IMG/VR virus record: IMGVR_UViG_3300021961_000069
DNA: 64,000 nt
Origin: an uncultured virus (IMG/VR IMGVR_UViG_3300021961_000069)
Lineage: Duplodnaviria; Heunggongvirae; Uroviricota; Caudoviricetes
Direction: 5' to 3' (one strand)
Part shown: positions 9,011 through 17,645 of the stretch, in pieces
How positions within the stretch are numbered: the first letter of the stretch is position 1
Layout: the number at the start of each line of letters is the position of its first letter
The notes under the pieces: model-generated
Seen by the model: only the letters and a program-made list of their open reading frames with translations
Databases searched by the model: none
What the model was told of the DNA's origin: nothing
Translations under genes and position numbers: made by a program

Positions 9011-10561
9011 ATGAAAAAACCAGTCAACTTAACACCATTACAGAAAGACTACGCAGTATACTTACCAGCGATCAGTACTTTCTTCTCAACTTACATATCT
9101 AAACAGAGATATAGTGAGTTTGTTCCTAAAGATAGAATGCCACAAGGATTCGATCGTGGTATAGAAGGAATGAACTTCCTTAATGAAGAAGAAGGATACT
9201 TTACATACAAGTATGGTTTGTATTCAGCAGGTCATGCACAATTAGATCTAGACAAGACTATGAAAGCAGACTCCATGGTGCAAGAGCGTGACCGTAATAG
9301 GACTATGATACTCGGTGACTCAGGCGGGTATCAGGTTGGTAAAGGTGTTCTTAAGTTTGATTGGTTAAATTTCGATGGTCCTGCGGCAAACAAAACACGT
9401 GACGATATCCTTAATTGGTTAGAGCTTACAGCAGACTGGAGTATGTTGCTAGACGTTCCGACTTGGGCTTGTGATCATATCCATTCACCTAAGACAGGAC
9501 TCAAGGACTTCCAGGATTGTTTAGATAAGACACGCTTCAACAACAAGTACTGGTTAGAGCGTAGATTAGGACAAACTAAGTTCTTAAACGTGTTACAAGG
9601 CAGTGATTGGGAAACTGCCGAAGCATGGTATGAAGGTGTTAAGGAATTCAGTGATCCTGCTGTTTGGGGTGACAAGGCCTGTGAAGGTTGGGCTATGGGT
9701 GGTGCTAATATGTGCAAGATGCCTATCACGCTACGCAGATTGATGACTATGAAGTTCGATGGTATGCTAGAAGGCAAGGACTGGATGCACTTCTTAGGTA
9801 CAGCACAGTTAGATTGGAGTTGTTACTTAACTTCAATCCAGAGACAGGTTAGAAAACACATCAACGAAAACTTTACAATTAGTTTTGATTGTGCTTCACC
9901 GTTTATCGCGACAGCACACGGACTGGTATACACTAACGCACAACACACCTCTAAACGTTGGAGTGTTATCATGGACAAGGCTATGGATAACAAAGCGTTG
10001 GCGCAACGTCATGATGTTCCATTCCCATTCGAGAGTGAGATTGGTAGAAGACTAAGCGTAGCAGATATCTGTCACTATGCTCCTGGTATGCTTAACAAGA
10101 TTGGCAAGGAAGGTAAGACATCGTGGGATAGTTTTGGTTATGCGTTAATGATGGCACATAATGTGTATTGTCATATCGTAGCGGTGCAACGTGCTAACGC
10201 TCTAGCAGATATCGAAGCTACATCACACAAACCAGATTGGAGACATTGGCGCAAAGTTAAAGAAGCAGATAAGAGCGATGAGTTCTCAGAATGGGTACCA
10301 CGCAACATCTTATACTTTAACACATTCATAGAAGAATTGTTCGCTTGTGGTACTAAAGAAGAAGCGTTCGCTATGATTAAAGAAGGCGATAGTTTCTTAA
10401 AAGATTTAGAAGGTGCTAGACTAAGAGGTGGAGTTACAAACATTTCAAATTCATTATTCGTCGAAGTTGATGAGCATGGCGATGAAGTAGATGCTTGGGA
10501 GGACGACAGAGAGGATAACGAGTTAGACAAACTCGAACATGCTTTAACAGAGGAGGCTTAG
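9011..10561 (+). CDS. dpdA: DpdA-like DNA guanine transglycosylase (TGT fold)
   Basis: TGT-family motifs DSGGYQ, MLLDVP, NVLQG, GWAMGG, HFLGT, SFDCASP, HN; clustered with folE and queE. Confidence 0.8.
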   Translation: MKKPVNLTPLQKDYAVYLPAISTFFSTYISKQRYSEFVPKDRMPQGFDRGIEGMNFLNEEEGYFTYKYGLYSAGHAQLDLDKTMKADSMVQERDRNRTMILGDSGGYQVGKGVLKFDWLNFDGPAANKTRDDILNWLELTADWSMLLDVPTWACDHIHSPKTGLKDFQDCLDKTRFNNKYWLERRLGQTKFLNVLQGSDWETAEAWYEGVKEFSDPAVWGDKACEGWAMGGANMCKMPITLRRLMTMKFDGMLEGKDWMHFLGTAQLDWSCYLTSIQRQVRKHINENFTISFDCASPFIATAHGLVYTNAQHTSKRWSVIMDKAMDNKALAQRHDVPFPFESEIGRRLSVADICHYAPGMLNKIGKEGKTSWDSFGYALMMAHNVYCHIVAVQRANALADIEATSHKPDWRHWRKVKEADKSDEFSEWVPRNILYFNTFIEELFACGTKEEAFAMIKEGDSFLKDLEGARLRGGVTNISNSLFVEVDEHGDEVDAWEDDREDNELDKLEHALTEEA

Positions 10562-10562
10562 G

Positions 10563-10748
10563 ATGTATGAAAAAAAAATTAAACATTTGGAAGATGCACA
10601 TCAACAACTTAACAAACGTATCGACGGTTTGGAAAAAACAGGCGTGTTCGACGATGTTGAAATAGCTGATTTGAAAAAGAAAAAATTGTATGTTAAAGAC
10701 TTAATCTTAGAACTAAAGAAAAGAGAACACGATGAAAAGGCAATATGA
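10563..10748 (+). CDS. DUF465/YdcH-like coiled-coil protein
   Basis: H..L...I..LE...LKKKKL..KD.I pattern; GGAGG SD. Confidence 0.65.
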   Translation: MYEKKIKHLEDAHQQLNKRIDGLEKTGVFDDVEIADLKKKKLYVKDLILELKKREHDEKAI

Positions 10749-11259
10749 AACGGGAGAGCAAGAAGAAATAACTTTCTTCACAGGTATAGAGATAGAAAAG
10801 ACTCCTGCATATGGCAAACAAACATTGTTTGTAGTTGGTGTGCATGATCATCATAAGATATTAGAAATCGCAGGTGAAAACTATTGCGAGCATATCTATT
10901 TTGGTGCTAATCAGAGTTTTCCTAAGTTAGATATCCACGATGCGGAAGGTTGGGATCAATGGCAGGAAATGATACACGGATGTCTAGATGCTGATTATTG
11001 GTGTACCTTGGATTTAGATGTATGCTGTGCTGAAGGATTAGCTGAATCTGCTCTAGTTAATCACAGACGATTTATTCCACAATTATCAGTTAAACTTCCT
11101 TACTTGACACAGCTAGGATATAATGCTACAATTAAGTTAGATGATAAAGACTTTGACGCTACCAATCCAGGTGTATGGTGTCATCGCCTAAATGATTTAA
11201 CAACTTTTGAAACCTTTACTGATTGGGATCAGTATGGTAAAGACAAGATACTTAAATAG
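10732..11259 (+). CDS. Hypothetical protein in the deazaguanine cluster (candidate tailoring enzyme)
   Basis: 175 aa; G.E.E.TP..G..TLFV, HIYFGAN, WCTLD, NPGVWCH; six Cys. Confidence 0.6.
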   Translation: MKRQYETGEQEEITFFTGIEIEKTPAYGKQTLFVVGVHDHHKILEIAGENYCEHIYFGANQSFPKLDIHDAEGWDQWQEMIHGCLDADYWCTLDLDVCCAEGLAESALVNHRRFIPQLSVKLPYLTQLGYNATIKLDDKDFDATNPGVWCHRLNDLTTFETFTDWDQYGKDKILK

Positions 11260-11268
11260 GAGAATATT

Positions 11269-11472
11269 ATGGCTTTAAGAGACGATATGTTACAATCATT
11301 AATAGCGCACGCAGAAGGACACATACAGAAACACAAGATGAATGTTGAAGTTTATCTAACTAATCCAGCAGGTATCGGTGACCATCCAGATGTGTTAGAA
11401 GCGATAGAAAAAGAATTAAAAGTTATTGCTGAATATCATGATCAACTCGAAGTATTAAAAACTTATTTCTAA
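11269..11472 (+). CDS. Small phage hypothetical protein
   Basis: AGGAG SD; NVEVYLTNPAGIGDHPD motif familiar from marine phage proteins. Confidence 0.65.
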   Translation: MALRDDMLQSLIAHAEGHIQKHKMNVEVYLTNPAGIGDHPDVLEAIEKELKVIAEYHDQLEVLKTYF

Positions 11473-11473
11473 T

Positions 11474-11908
11474 ATGACAACTAAGATAGAAAAGATAAAA
11501 GAACAAGCGAAAAAAATGATATGGGTAACCTTTCGTAAAGAAGGTATCCATTGTTATCCTGCGGCCTTAACAGATCCCAATCTAGCGACAGGTAACGAGT
11601 ACGATGTTAGTTTCCTAGGGCATCCGCACAGACACATATTCCATTTTAAAGTACAGATCGAAGTATTCCACGATGATAGAGACATAGAGTTCATACAATT
11701 TAAACGCTGGTGTGAGAATCTTTATGCTGATGGAGTATTAGAACTAAATCACAAGAGCTGTGAAATGATTTCAGATGATCTATATATAGCGATAGCACAG
11801 CGTTATCCAAATAGAGATGTTTGGATTGATGTATCTGAAGATGGTGAGAATGGCAGTTTTATTAGATACAATAGGATGAAACCTCAAAAAATGGTGGTAG
11901 TGAAATGA
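11474..11908 (+). CDS. QueD-like T-fold protein, possibly DpdL-type
   Basis: LGHPHRHIF, DRDIEF, SCEMI, VSEDGENG; lacks the canonical QueD CxxxHGH. Confidence 0.7.
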   Translation: MTTKIEKIKEQAKKMIWVTFRKEGIHCYPAALTDPNLATGNEYDVSFLGHPHRHIFHFKVQIEVFHDDRDIEFIQFKRWCENLYADGVLELNHKSCEMISDDLYIAIAQRYPNRDVWIDVSEDGENGSFIRYNRMKPQKMVVVK

Positions 11909-12978
11909 TTTTTTTAGTTGATTTAGAAGCGGTAGAATCTAGATATACAGGGCAGTGGAAAACCCACTTACCTAAATTATTAAGGAGCAAAGGACATGAC
12001 GTTACAGTTATTGAAGGACCTAGTGATATTCCCAGCGCCACTACTCCTGGCGCTTTTCTTAACTTTGGCGGCACTAACATATACAAGGCTAGGCAAGTCG
12101 AAGAACTCAGTCGCTTATTTACTAGTGGTAAAGTTAGTAGTGGCGATCACGTTATCTTTACTGATGCTTGGCATCCTGGTATCATTAACTTAAAATACAT
12201 GAGCGAACTGCTGGGTATCAAAGTAAAGATACACGCACTATGGCATGCTGGCAGTTATGATCCAGCAGACTTCTTAGGTAGATTGATTGGAGATGCTCCT
12301 TGGGTGCGTCACACTGAGAAAGCGTTTTTTAATGCCATAGATTACAACTACTTCGCTACTGATTTCCATATCAATATGTTTATAGAAAATCTATTAGGTG
12401 AAGACAAGCGCAATGGTCGTATGAGATTTATGAAAGATGATCATATCGTGCGTACAGGATGGCCTATGGAGTATATGGACGATACGCTTACTATGTACAA
12501 GAATATGAAGAAGCGTGATTTGATATTGTTTCCTCATCGTATCGCTCCAGAGAAACAGGTTGATATATTCCGTGATTTGAGAGAACAGTTACCTCAATAT
12601 GAATTTGTAGTGTGCCAAGACACACAATTAACTAAGAATGAATATCACAATCTCTTAGGTGAAGCTAAATTAGTGTTTAGTGCTAATCTACAAGAAACAT
12701 TAGGTATCAGTGCTTTTGAAGGCGCTATCGTTGGTGCTATTCCTATGGTACCAGATAGATTGAGCTACACTGAAATGTATCCCTCTGAATTTAAATATCC
12801 AAGCGAATGGACTATAGATTACAATTCATATAAAGCACACAGGAAAGAAGTATGTGACAAGATAACGGACTATATGGAAAATCATGAAAACTATCAAGTA
12901 AGCCTAAATAAATGTGCTGATAATTTAAGTAAAGATTTTTTCAGCTGTGACGGAATGTTAGAAAAATTAAATGACTAG
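11905..12978 (+). CDS. GT-B fold glycosyltransferase (GT4-like)
   Basis: WHAGSYD, FPHRIAPEK, ETLGISAFEG..GAIPMVP (E-x7-E acidic pair), LSY.E. Confidence 0.75.
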   Translation: MIFLVDLEAVESRYTGQWKTHLPKLLRSKGHDVTVIEGPSDIPSATTPGAFLNFGGTNIYKARQVEELSRLFTSGKVSSGDHVIFTDAWHPGIINLKYMSELLGIKVKIHALWHAGSYDPADFLGRLIGDAPWVRHTEKAFFNAIDYNYFATDFHINMFIENLLGEDKRNGRMRFMKDDHIVRTGWPMEYMDDTLTMYKNMKKRDLILFPHRIAPEKQVDIFRDLREQLPQYEFVVCQDTQLTKNEYHNLLGEAKLVFSANLQETLGISAFEGAIVGAIPMVPDRLSYTEMYPSEFKYPSEWTIDYNSYKAHRKEVCDKITDYMENHENYQVSLNKCADNLSKDFFSCDGMLEKLND

Positions 12979-13798
12979 AACTTTATTCATAGGTGATAGT
13001 CACGCTTCGGGTTATTTTGAAGCTAATGGAAAAGTAAACTTTTGGCAAGACAATAACTATGCTGAAAGTTATTCTAAATTACACAAAAAATCTGTAGTAA
13101 TATATTGCCAACCGGGAGGTACTTGGTTAAAATATCCTCAATGGATACGTTGGTGTTTAGACAAATACAATGATATAGATGAAGTTTGGGTACAAAGCAC
13201 CTATTGGAATCGTTGGGTAATGGGTGCTAATCGAAATGCTAGTAGTGGTGAAGATATTACTCCAGAAACATTTGTTGATTTTAGTTCACCTAAAACAGAA
13301 AATATAGATAGATATACCGATCATAGGATTTCTGAAGATGCTAACTTTGTAGAAACAGTGGAACAAGTACGTCCTAGCTTAATGGAAGATTTCAAAGGTT
13401 TTACTTTTGAAGACAATAACACCAAAGAAGATTGGCAACCGTTCCATGAAAAGTATACCTATACTAAGTTATGGCACGAATTAGCTACACATATACAATA
13501 CAGAGAATATTGTTTAAATTTGTTCGCTATAGATAATATGTTAAGCAAAAGAAAAATCAAATGGTTCCTATGGACTATTAATAATAGAATGTTTGTTCCA
13601 AAGAATTTAAATTACTACGGCAAGTTAGAAAATGTAACTAGAGCAGATCTATCTGCAGAAGAATGGTTTAAAAGAAATAAAAATTTAGAAATAGAAAAAC
13701 TTACAATAGACGGAGAACATTATCCAAAAGAAATACACGATATGATAGCAAAAGAATATTTTTCATATGTTAGGAAATTATCATTGACAAAGTTTTAA
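12971..13798 (+). CDS. SGNH/GDSL-like hydrolase or acyltransferase
   Basis: N-terminal LFIGDSH and C-terminal DGEH; looks more AT-rich than its neighbours. Confidence 0.6.
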   Translation: MTRTLFIGDSHASGYFEANGKVNFWQDNNYAESYSKLHKKSVVIYCQPGGTWLKYPQWIRWCLDKYNDIDEVWVQSTYWNRWVMGANRNASSGEDITPETFVDFSSPKTENIDRYTDHRISEDANFVETVEQVRPSLMEDFKGFTFEDNNTKEDWQPFHEKYTYTKLWHELATHIQYREYCLNLFAIDNMLSKRKIKWFLWTINNRMFVPKNLNYYGKLENVTRADLSAEEWFKRNKNLEIEKLTIDGEHYPKEIHDMIAKEYFSYVRKLSLTKF

Positions 13799-13812
13799 AT
13801 AACAGGTATAAT
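13784..13812 (+). promoter_or_regulatory. Consensus sigma70 promoter for folE
   Basis: TTGACA-17 bp-TATAAT. Confidence 0.85.
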
Positions 13813-13858
13813 ATTATTATTAACGGCAATCCTCTGCCTCAACATCGGAGAAAAAAGT

Positions 13859-14590
13859 ATGTCAGTAGAAAGTAAAATAGATTGGTCAGAACAAGATGCA
13901 CTGGTCCCAGTCAGTGAAATAATCGTAAACAGAATTAAACAAGATGGTGGTAGATATTGGGCAGGTGATAACATATCAAAATATATTACTGATGCTGAGA
14001 AAAAACCATTGATTGATGAAATCACAGGAAAATTTGAAGGTGTGTTAGATAGTTTAATCATTGACAGACACAATGATCCAAACTCAAAGGGCACTGCTCG
14101 TAGGCTCGCTAAAATGTATATCAACGAGATTATGGCAGGCAGATACGAACCTGCTCCAGATGCTACTGCTTTCCCTAATGATGGTCCAGGTGCTTACAAA
14201 GGTATGTTGGTAGTTAGAAGCGAGCTACGCAGTATTTGTAGCCATCATCATCAACCAGTGGCTGGTGTAGCATACATTGGTATTATTCCTAATGGTAAGG
14301 TTATTGGACTATCTAAATACACACGTATCGCACAATGGTGTGCGAGGAGAGGCACTCTACAAGAAGAACTATGTAATGACATAGCTCGTGAGATTAAAAA
14401 GGCGACTAACAGCAAGCACGTTGGTGTTTATATTCAAGCGACACACGGTTGTTGTGAAAACAGAGGCATTATGGCACATTCAAGTTTAACACAGACTACA
14501 GTATTAGAAGGCGCATTCAAAGATGACTCCTCAGTACGTAATGAGTTCTTTGATGATATCAAACTACAGCAAGAATTTGCTCCACGATAA
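13859..14590 (+). CDS. folE: GTP cyclohydrolase I
   Basis: CSHHHQP, IGLSKYTR, LQEEL, HGCCENRG. Confidence 0.95.
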   Translation: MSVESKIDWSEQDALVPVSEIIVNRIKQDGGRYWAGDNISKYITDAEKKPLIDEITGKFEGVLDSLIIDRHNDPNSKGTARRLAKMYINEIMAGRYEPAPDATAFPNDGPGAYKGMLVVRSELRSICSHHHQPVAGVAYIGIIPNGKVIGLSKYTRIAQWCARRGTLQEELCNDIAREIKKATNSKHVGVYIQATHGCCENRGIMAHSSLTQTTVLEGAFKDDSSVRNEFFDDIKLQQEFAPR

Positions 14591-15009
14591 TGTTTAAGCC
14601 ACTACGAGATGATTTGATGGTACAGCAACAGGTTTCCAACAGTTGGGAACACTTCGTTGGTGTTATCATGTTGAATCAGACAGGACGCAAGCCTGTCAAG
14701 ACGGTGCTTCCAGAGTTCTTATATTGGTTTCCACAACCTAAGAATCTATTAGAAGCAGATGAAGAGTTCGTAAAAAGCATCATCGCTCCATTGGGTATGG
14801 TTAATGTCCGCTACAATAGATTGATAGGCATGAGCCGTGACTACTTGACTTGGGACGGAAATGATGCTACAATGTTATACGGAATAGGCAAATATGGATC
14901 AGATTCTTATGAGATTTTCTACAAAAATAATTACTTTACTCGGCCAACTGACAAAGAGCTTAAGAGATATTTGGAAGAAGAAGTTTTCCCTAATATTGAG
15001 TTTGCTTGA
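14590..15009 (+). CDS. MBD4-like HhH DNA glycosylase domain
   Basis: IMLNQT, PLGM...R, LYGIGKYGSDSYEIF and PTDKEL parallel the MBD4 catalytic domain (LHGIGKYGNDSYRIF..PEDHKL). Confidence 0.8.
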   Translation: MFKPLRDDLMVQQQVSNSWEHFVGVIMLNQTGRKPVKTVLPEFLYWFPQPKNLLEADEEFVKSIIAPLGMVNVRYNRLIGMSRDYLTWDGNDATMLYGIGKYGSDSYEIFYKNNYFTRPTDKELKRYLEEEVFPNIEFA

Positions 15010-15448
15010 GAAATTAGGCAGGAAAAGAGTAATCTACGACAGAGAAGATAACGAACCTTACTTGATAAGGTATTATCTATTGTTGAAAGAACGCCGTTGG
15101 TTTCCTTTCAACATATTCCTACATAAATTCTTAAAGAGTGATCCTAGCGATTTACACGACCATCCGTGGCCTTTTATCAGCATCATGATAAAGGGTGGTT
15201 ATTTTGAATGGACCTATGAATACGATGGCAAGGGTAACGAACTGCCACCCAAGCGTGAATGGATTACCGCCCCAAGCATAAGATTCGCAAGAGCTAATAG
15301 ATTCCATAGGATTGAATTACAAGAAGGAGTTGATGCTTGGACATTGTTCATTCCAGGTCCCCAGATTAAAGAATGGGGATTCAAAGTAAAAGGTCGTTGG
15401 ATAGAAAATTCTAAATATCTAGGATTAAAGAAAAGAGGTAAGTTATGA
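14894..15448 (+). CDS. Cupin-like protein (true start probably later, e.g. TTG 14996)
   Basis: LHDHPW..GGY.E and FHRIEL..WTLF..G cupin His motifs. Confidence 0.65.
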   Translation: MDQILMRFSTKIITLLGQLTKSLRDIWKKKFSLILSLLEKLGRKRVIYDREDNEPYLIRYYLLLKERRWFPFNIFLHKFLKSDPSDLHDHPWPFISIMIKGGYFEWTYEYDGKGNELPPKREWITAPSIRFARANRFHRIELQEGVDAWTLFIPGPQIKEWGFKVKGRWIENSKYLGLKKRGKL

Positions 15449-15957
15449 AACGTATAGTATCATACGATGAGTATCGAGGACTAGTAGCAGACATATGTAA
15501 TCAGATAGCTAAGAGATCTTGGCGTCCTGACTATATAGTTGGCTTGACCCGTGGAGGATTGTTACCTGCTGTGATGATTAGCCAATACTTCGATATTCCA
15601 ATGCACGCTCTAAAGATAAGCCTTAGAGATCACGTAGAACACGAAAACAACCTATGGATGGCAGAAGATGCCTACGGTAAAGGTGAGAATAAAGGAGAAT
15701 ACAAAAGGATATTGGTAGTGGATGATTTAAATGACACAGGTAGCACACTAAACTACCTGATGGATGATTGGATGAAATCTACCAACTACAATGATCCAGA
15801 ATGGAACGAAATTTGGAATCACAATGTACGTTTTGCTGTAGTGTTTGACAAACTATCTAGTGGATGCAGAGTCGAAATGGATTATGTAGGTGAAGAGCTT
15901 GACGAGGAACGCGGAGAAGATTGGATAGTTTTTCCTTATGAGGACTGGTGGCGATGA
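15445..15957 (+). CDS. Type I phosphoribosyltransferase (Gpt/Hpt-like)
   Basis: GLTRGGL, ILVVDDLNDTGST PRPP loop, WIVFPYE. Confidence 0.88.
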   Translation: MKRIVSYDEYRGLVADICNQIAKRSWRPDYIVGLTRGGLLPAVMISQYFDIPMHALKISLRDHVEHENNLWMAEDAYGKGENKGEYKRILVVDDLNDTGSTLNYLMDDWMKSTNYNDPEWNEIWNHNVRFAVVFDKLSSGCRVEMDYVGEELDEERGEDWIVFPYEDWWR

Positions 15958-16211
15958 GACACGTTTATACTGAGCAACCAAGAAACGTAAAATTCAAGAG
16001 GCTAACCCTACACACAGGACGAACCCTCGATGGTTGGATACAGGAAGAGAATACGATGTTAGGCAAACCTACTATAAGGTTTCATGTAGCGTTAGACAGT
16101 TCAGGAAAATACTGTGGATCAGCACATTGGATCGCTGTAGATGAGGTTGCCAAAACAGAAGACCTAGCATATGATCCACACAAAACAGGAAAAAAGATTA
16201 ACTGGCTATGA
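15954..16211 (+). CDS. Hypothetical protein
   Basis: ATGA overlaps with both neighbours. Confidence 0.55.
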   Translation: MRHVYTEQPRNVKFKRLTLHTGRTLDGWIQEENTMLGKPTIRFHVALDSSGKYCGSAHWIAVDEVAKTEDLAYDPHKTGKKINWL

Positions 16212-16402
16212 GGGTAGAAGTTCCATATGTTAATCAAGGTGAGGTATGGTGGAATGAGCTCACCGCTAGGATCGTACAGCGTTTCGGTTTGCCAGGTGAT
16301 AAGTATGAGACTACGGTAGCGTGGAATTGGATGGCATTTGATTTCAAAAATGAGCGAGATGGTATGCTTTGCAAATTAATGTTGAGTGATTATCTTGATT
16401 AA
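16208..16402 (+). CDS. Hypothetical protein
   Basis: 64 aa, WWNE...FGLPG motif, coupled start. Confidence 0.55.
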   Translation: MRVEVPYVNQGEVWWNELTARIVQRFGLPGDKYETTVAWNWMAFDFKNERDGMLCKLMLSDYLD

Positions 16403-16423
16403 TTTAACAAAAGAGTGTATAAT
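16395..16423 (+). promoter_or_regulatory. Sigma70-type promoter for queE
   Basis: TTGATT-17 bp-TATAAT; ATG only 8 nt downstream and no SD. Confidence 0.65.
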
Positions 16424-16431
16424 ATTAATAT

Positions 16432-17274
16432 ATGAGCAAGATTAAAGTAGCAGAATTATTTTACAGCATACAAGGCGAAGGCAGATATATGGGAGTGCCT
16501 AGCATATTCTTACGCACATTTGGATGTAATTTTAAATGTGCCGGGTTTGGTATGCCTCAAGGAGAACTTACAGATGAGTATAAAAAAATTAATCCAGATG
16601 ATTATGACAGTTATCAATCCCTTCCTTTGGTTAGTACTGGTTGCGACTCTTATGCTTCTTGGGACCCTCGCTTTAAGCATCTTAGCCCTGTTGTGGATAG
16701 TGATGGGCTTGCGAGAGATATTGTTGCGTTATTGCCCGCAAAAGAGTGGAAAGAAGAGCATTTAGTTATTACAGGTGGTGAGCCTTTGCTAGGTTGGCAA
16801 CGTGCTTATCCAGACTTGTTAGATCACGAGTGTATGCAAGGGTTGAAAGAGATAACATTTGAAACTAATGGCACACAAGAACTGTCAAAAGAATTCCAAG
16901 AGTATCTCATCGATTGGAGATTGACTAGAGGTTATGATGCTATTACATTTAGTGTCAGTGCTAAACTTCCTTGTTCAGGTGAAAAGTGGGAAGATGCTAT
17001 CAAACCCGATGTAGTTAAAGTTTATGAGGAAGTGGGTTATACATATCTAAAATTTGTTATAGCCACAGAACAAGATGCTGAAGATGCTGAGAGTGCTATC
17101 AAAGAATATAGAGATGCAGGATTTGAAGGCCCTGTGTATTTGATGCCGGTAGGTGGTACAGAGTCAGTATATCATATGAACAATAGACAGGTAGCGGATC
17201 TAGCGATGAACATGGGATTGAGATATTCAGACAGATTGCAGGTACCGTTATTTAAAAACGAGTGGGGGACATAA
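16432..17274 (+). CDS. queE: 7-carboxy-7-deazaguanine synthase (radical SAM)
   Basis: ELFYSIQGEG, FLRTFGCNFKC...GCDS, ITGGEP, ETNGT, RYSDRLQ. Confidence 0.93.
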   Translation: MSKIKVAELFYSIQGEGRYMGVPSIFLRTFGCNFKCAGFGMPQGELTDEYKKINPDDYDSYQSLPLVSTGCDSYASWDPRFKHLSPVVDSDGLARDIVALLPAKEWKEEHLVITGGEPLLGWQRAYPDLLDHECMQGLKEITFETNGTQELSKEFQEYLIDWRLTRGYDAITFSVSAKLPCSGEKWEDAIKPDVVKVYEEVGYTYLKFVIATEQDAEDAESAIKEYRDAGFEGPVYLMPVGGTESVYHMNNRQVADLAMNMGLRYSDRLQVPLFKNEWGT

Positions 17275-17645
17275 TGTTGAAAGATTTATTGGCAAAAGTA
17301 AAAGGTAAGTTCAACAAGAAAGACATCGCTAAAGGTTACAGCAAGAAAAAAGAACTAACACCTAAAGAGATAGCGACTAAAAAAGGCGAACCTTATATCG
17401 AAGTATTGACTACACAGGTTAATAAAGATAACATCCGCAATGGTTTCTTTGAGCTTGACTGGAACGAACAATTCATAGTACAATTAAAGCAAGAAGGTTA
17501 TGGCTTTGATGGTGACAAAGATGAAGAAATCGTGGATCGTTGGTTCCGAGAAGTTTGCCGTAACGTGATAGCAGAAGAAGAGATGGATGTTGAAATAAGA
17601 ACAGGAAACTTAAACGTAGAAGCAGTTAAGAAAGAGAACGAATGA
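17274..17645 (+). CDS. Hypothetical protein
   Basis: TAATG coupling to queE; GFFELDWN..F motif. Confidence 0.6.
   Translation: MLKDLLAKVKGKFNKKDIAKGYSKKKELTPKEIATKKGEPYIEVLTTQVNKDNIRNGFFELDWNEQFIVQLKQEGYGFDGDKDEEIVDRWFREVCRNVIAEEEMDVEIRTGNLNVEAVKKENE

Noticed and set aside
9011..10561. Calling this a canonical tRNA-guanine transglycosylase (tgt)
   Set aside because: It lacks the C-terminal CxCxxC zinc motif of bacterial Tgt, is much longer, and sits with replication genes; a DNA-acting DpdA-like role fits better, though it is unproven
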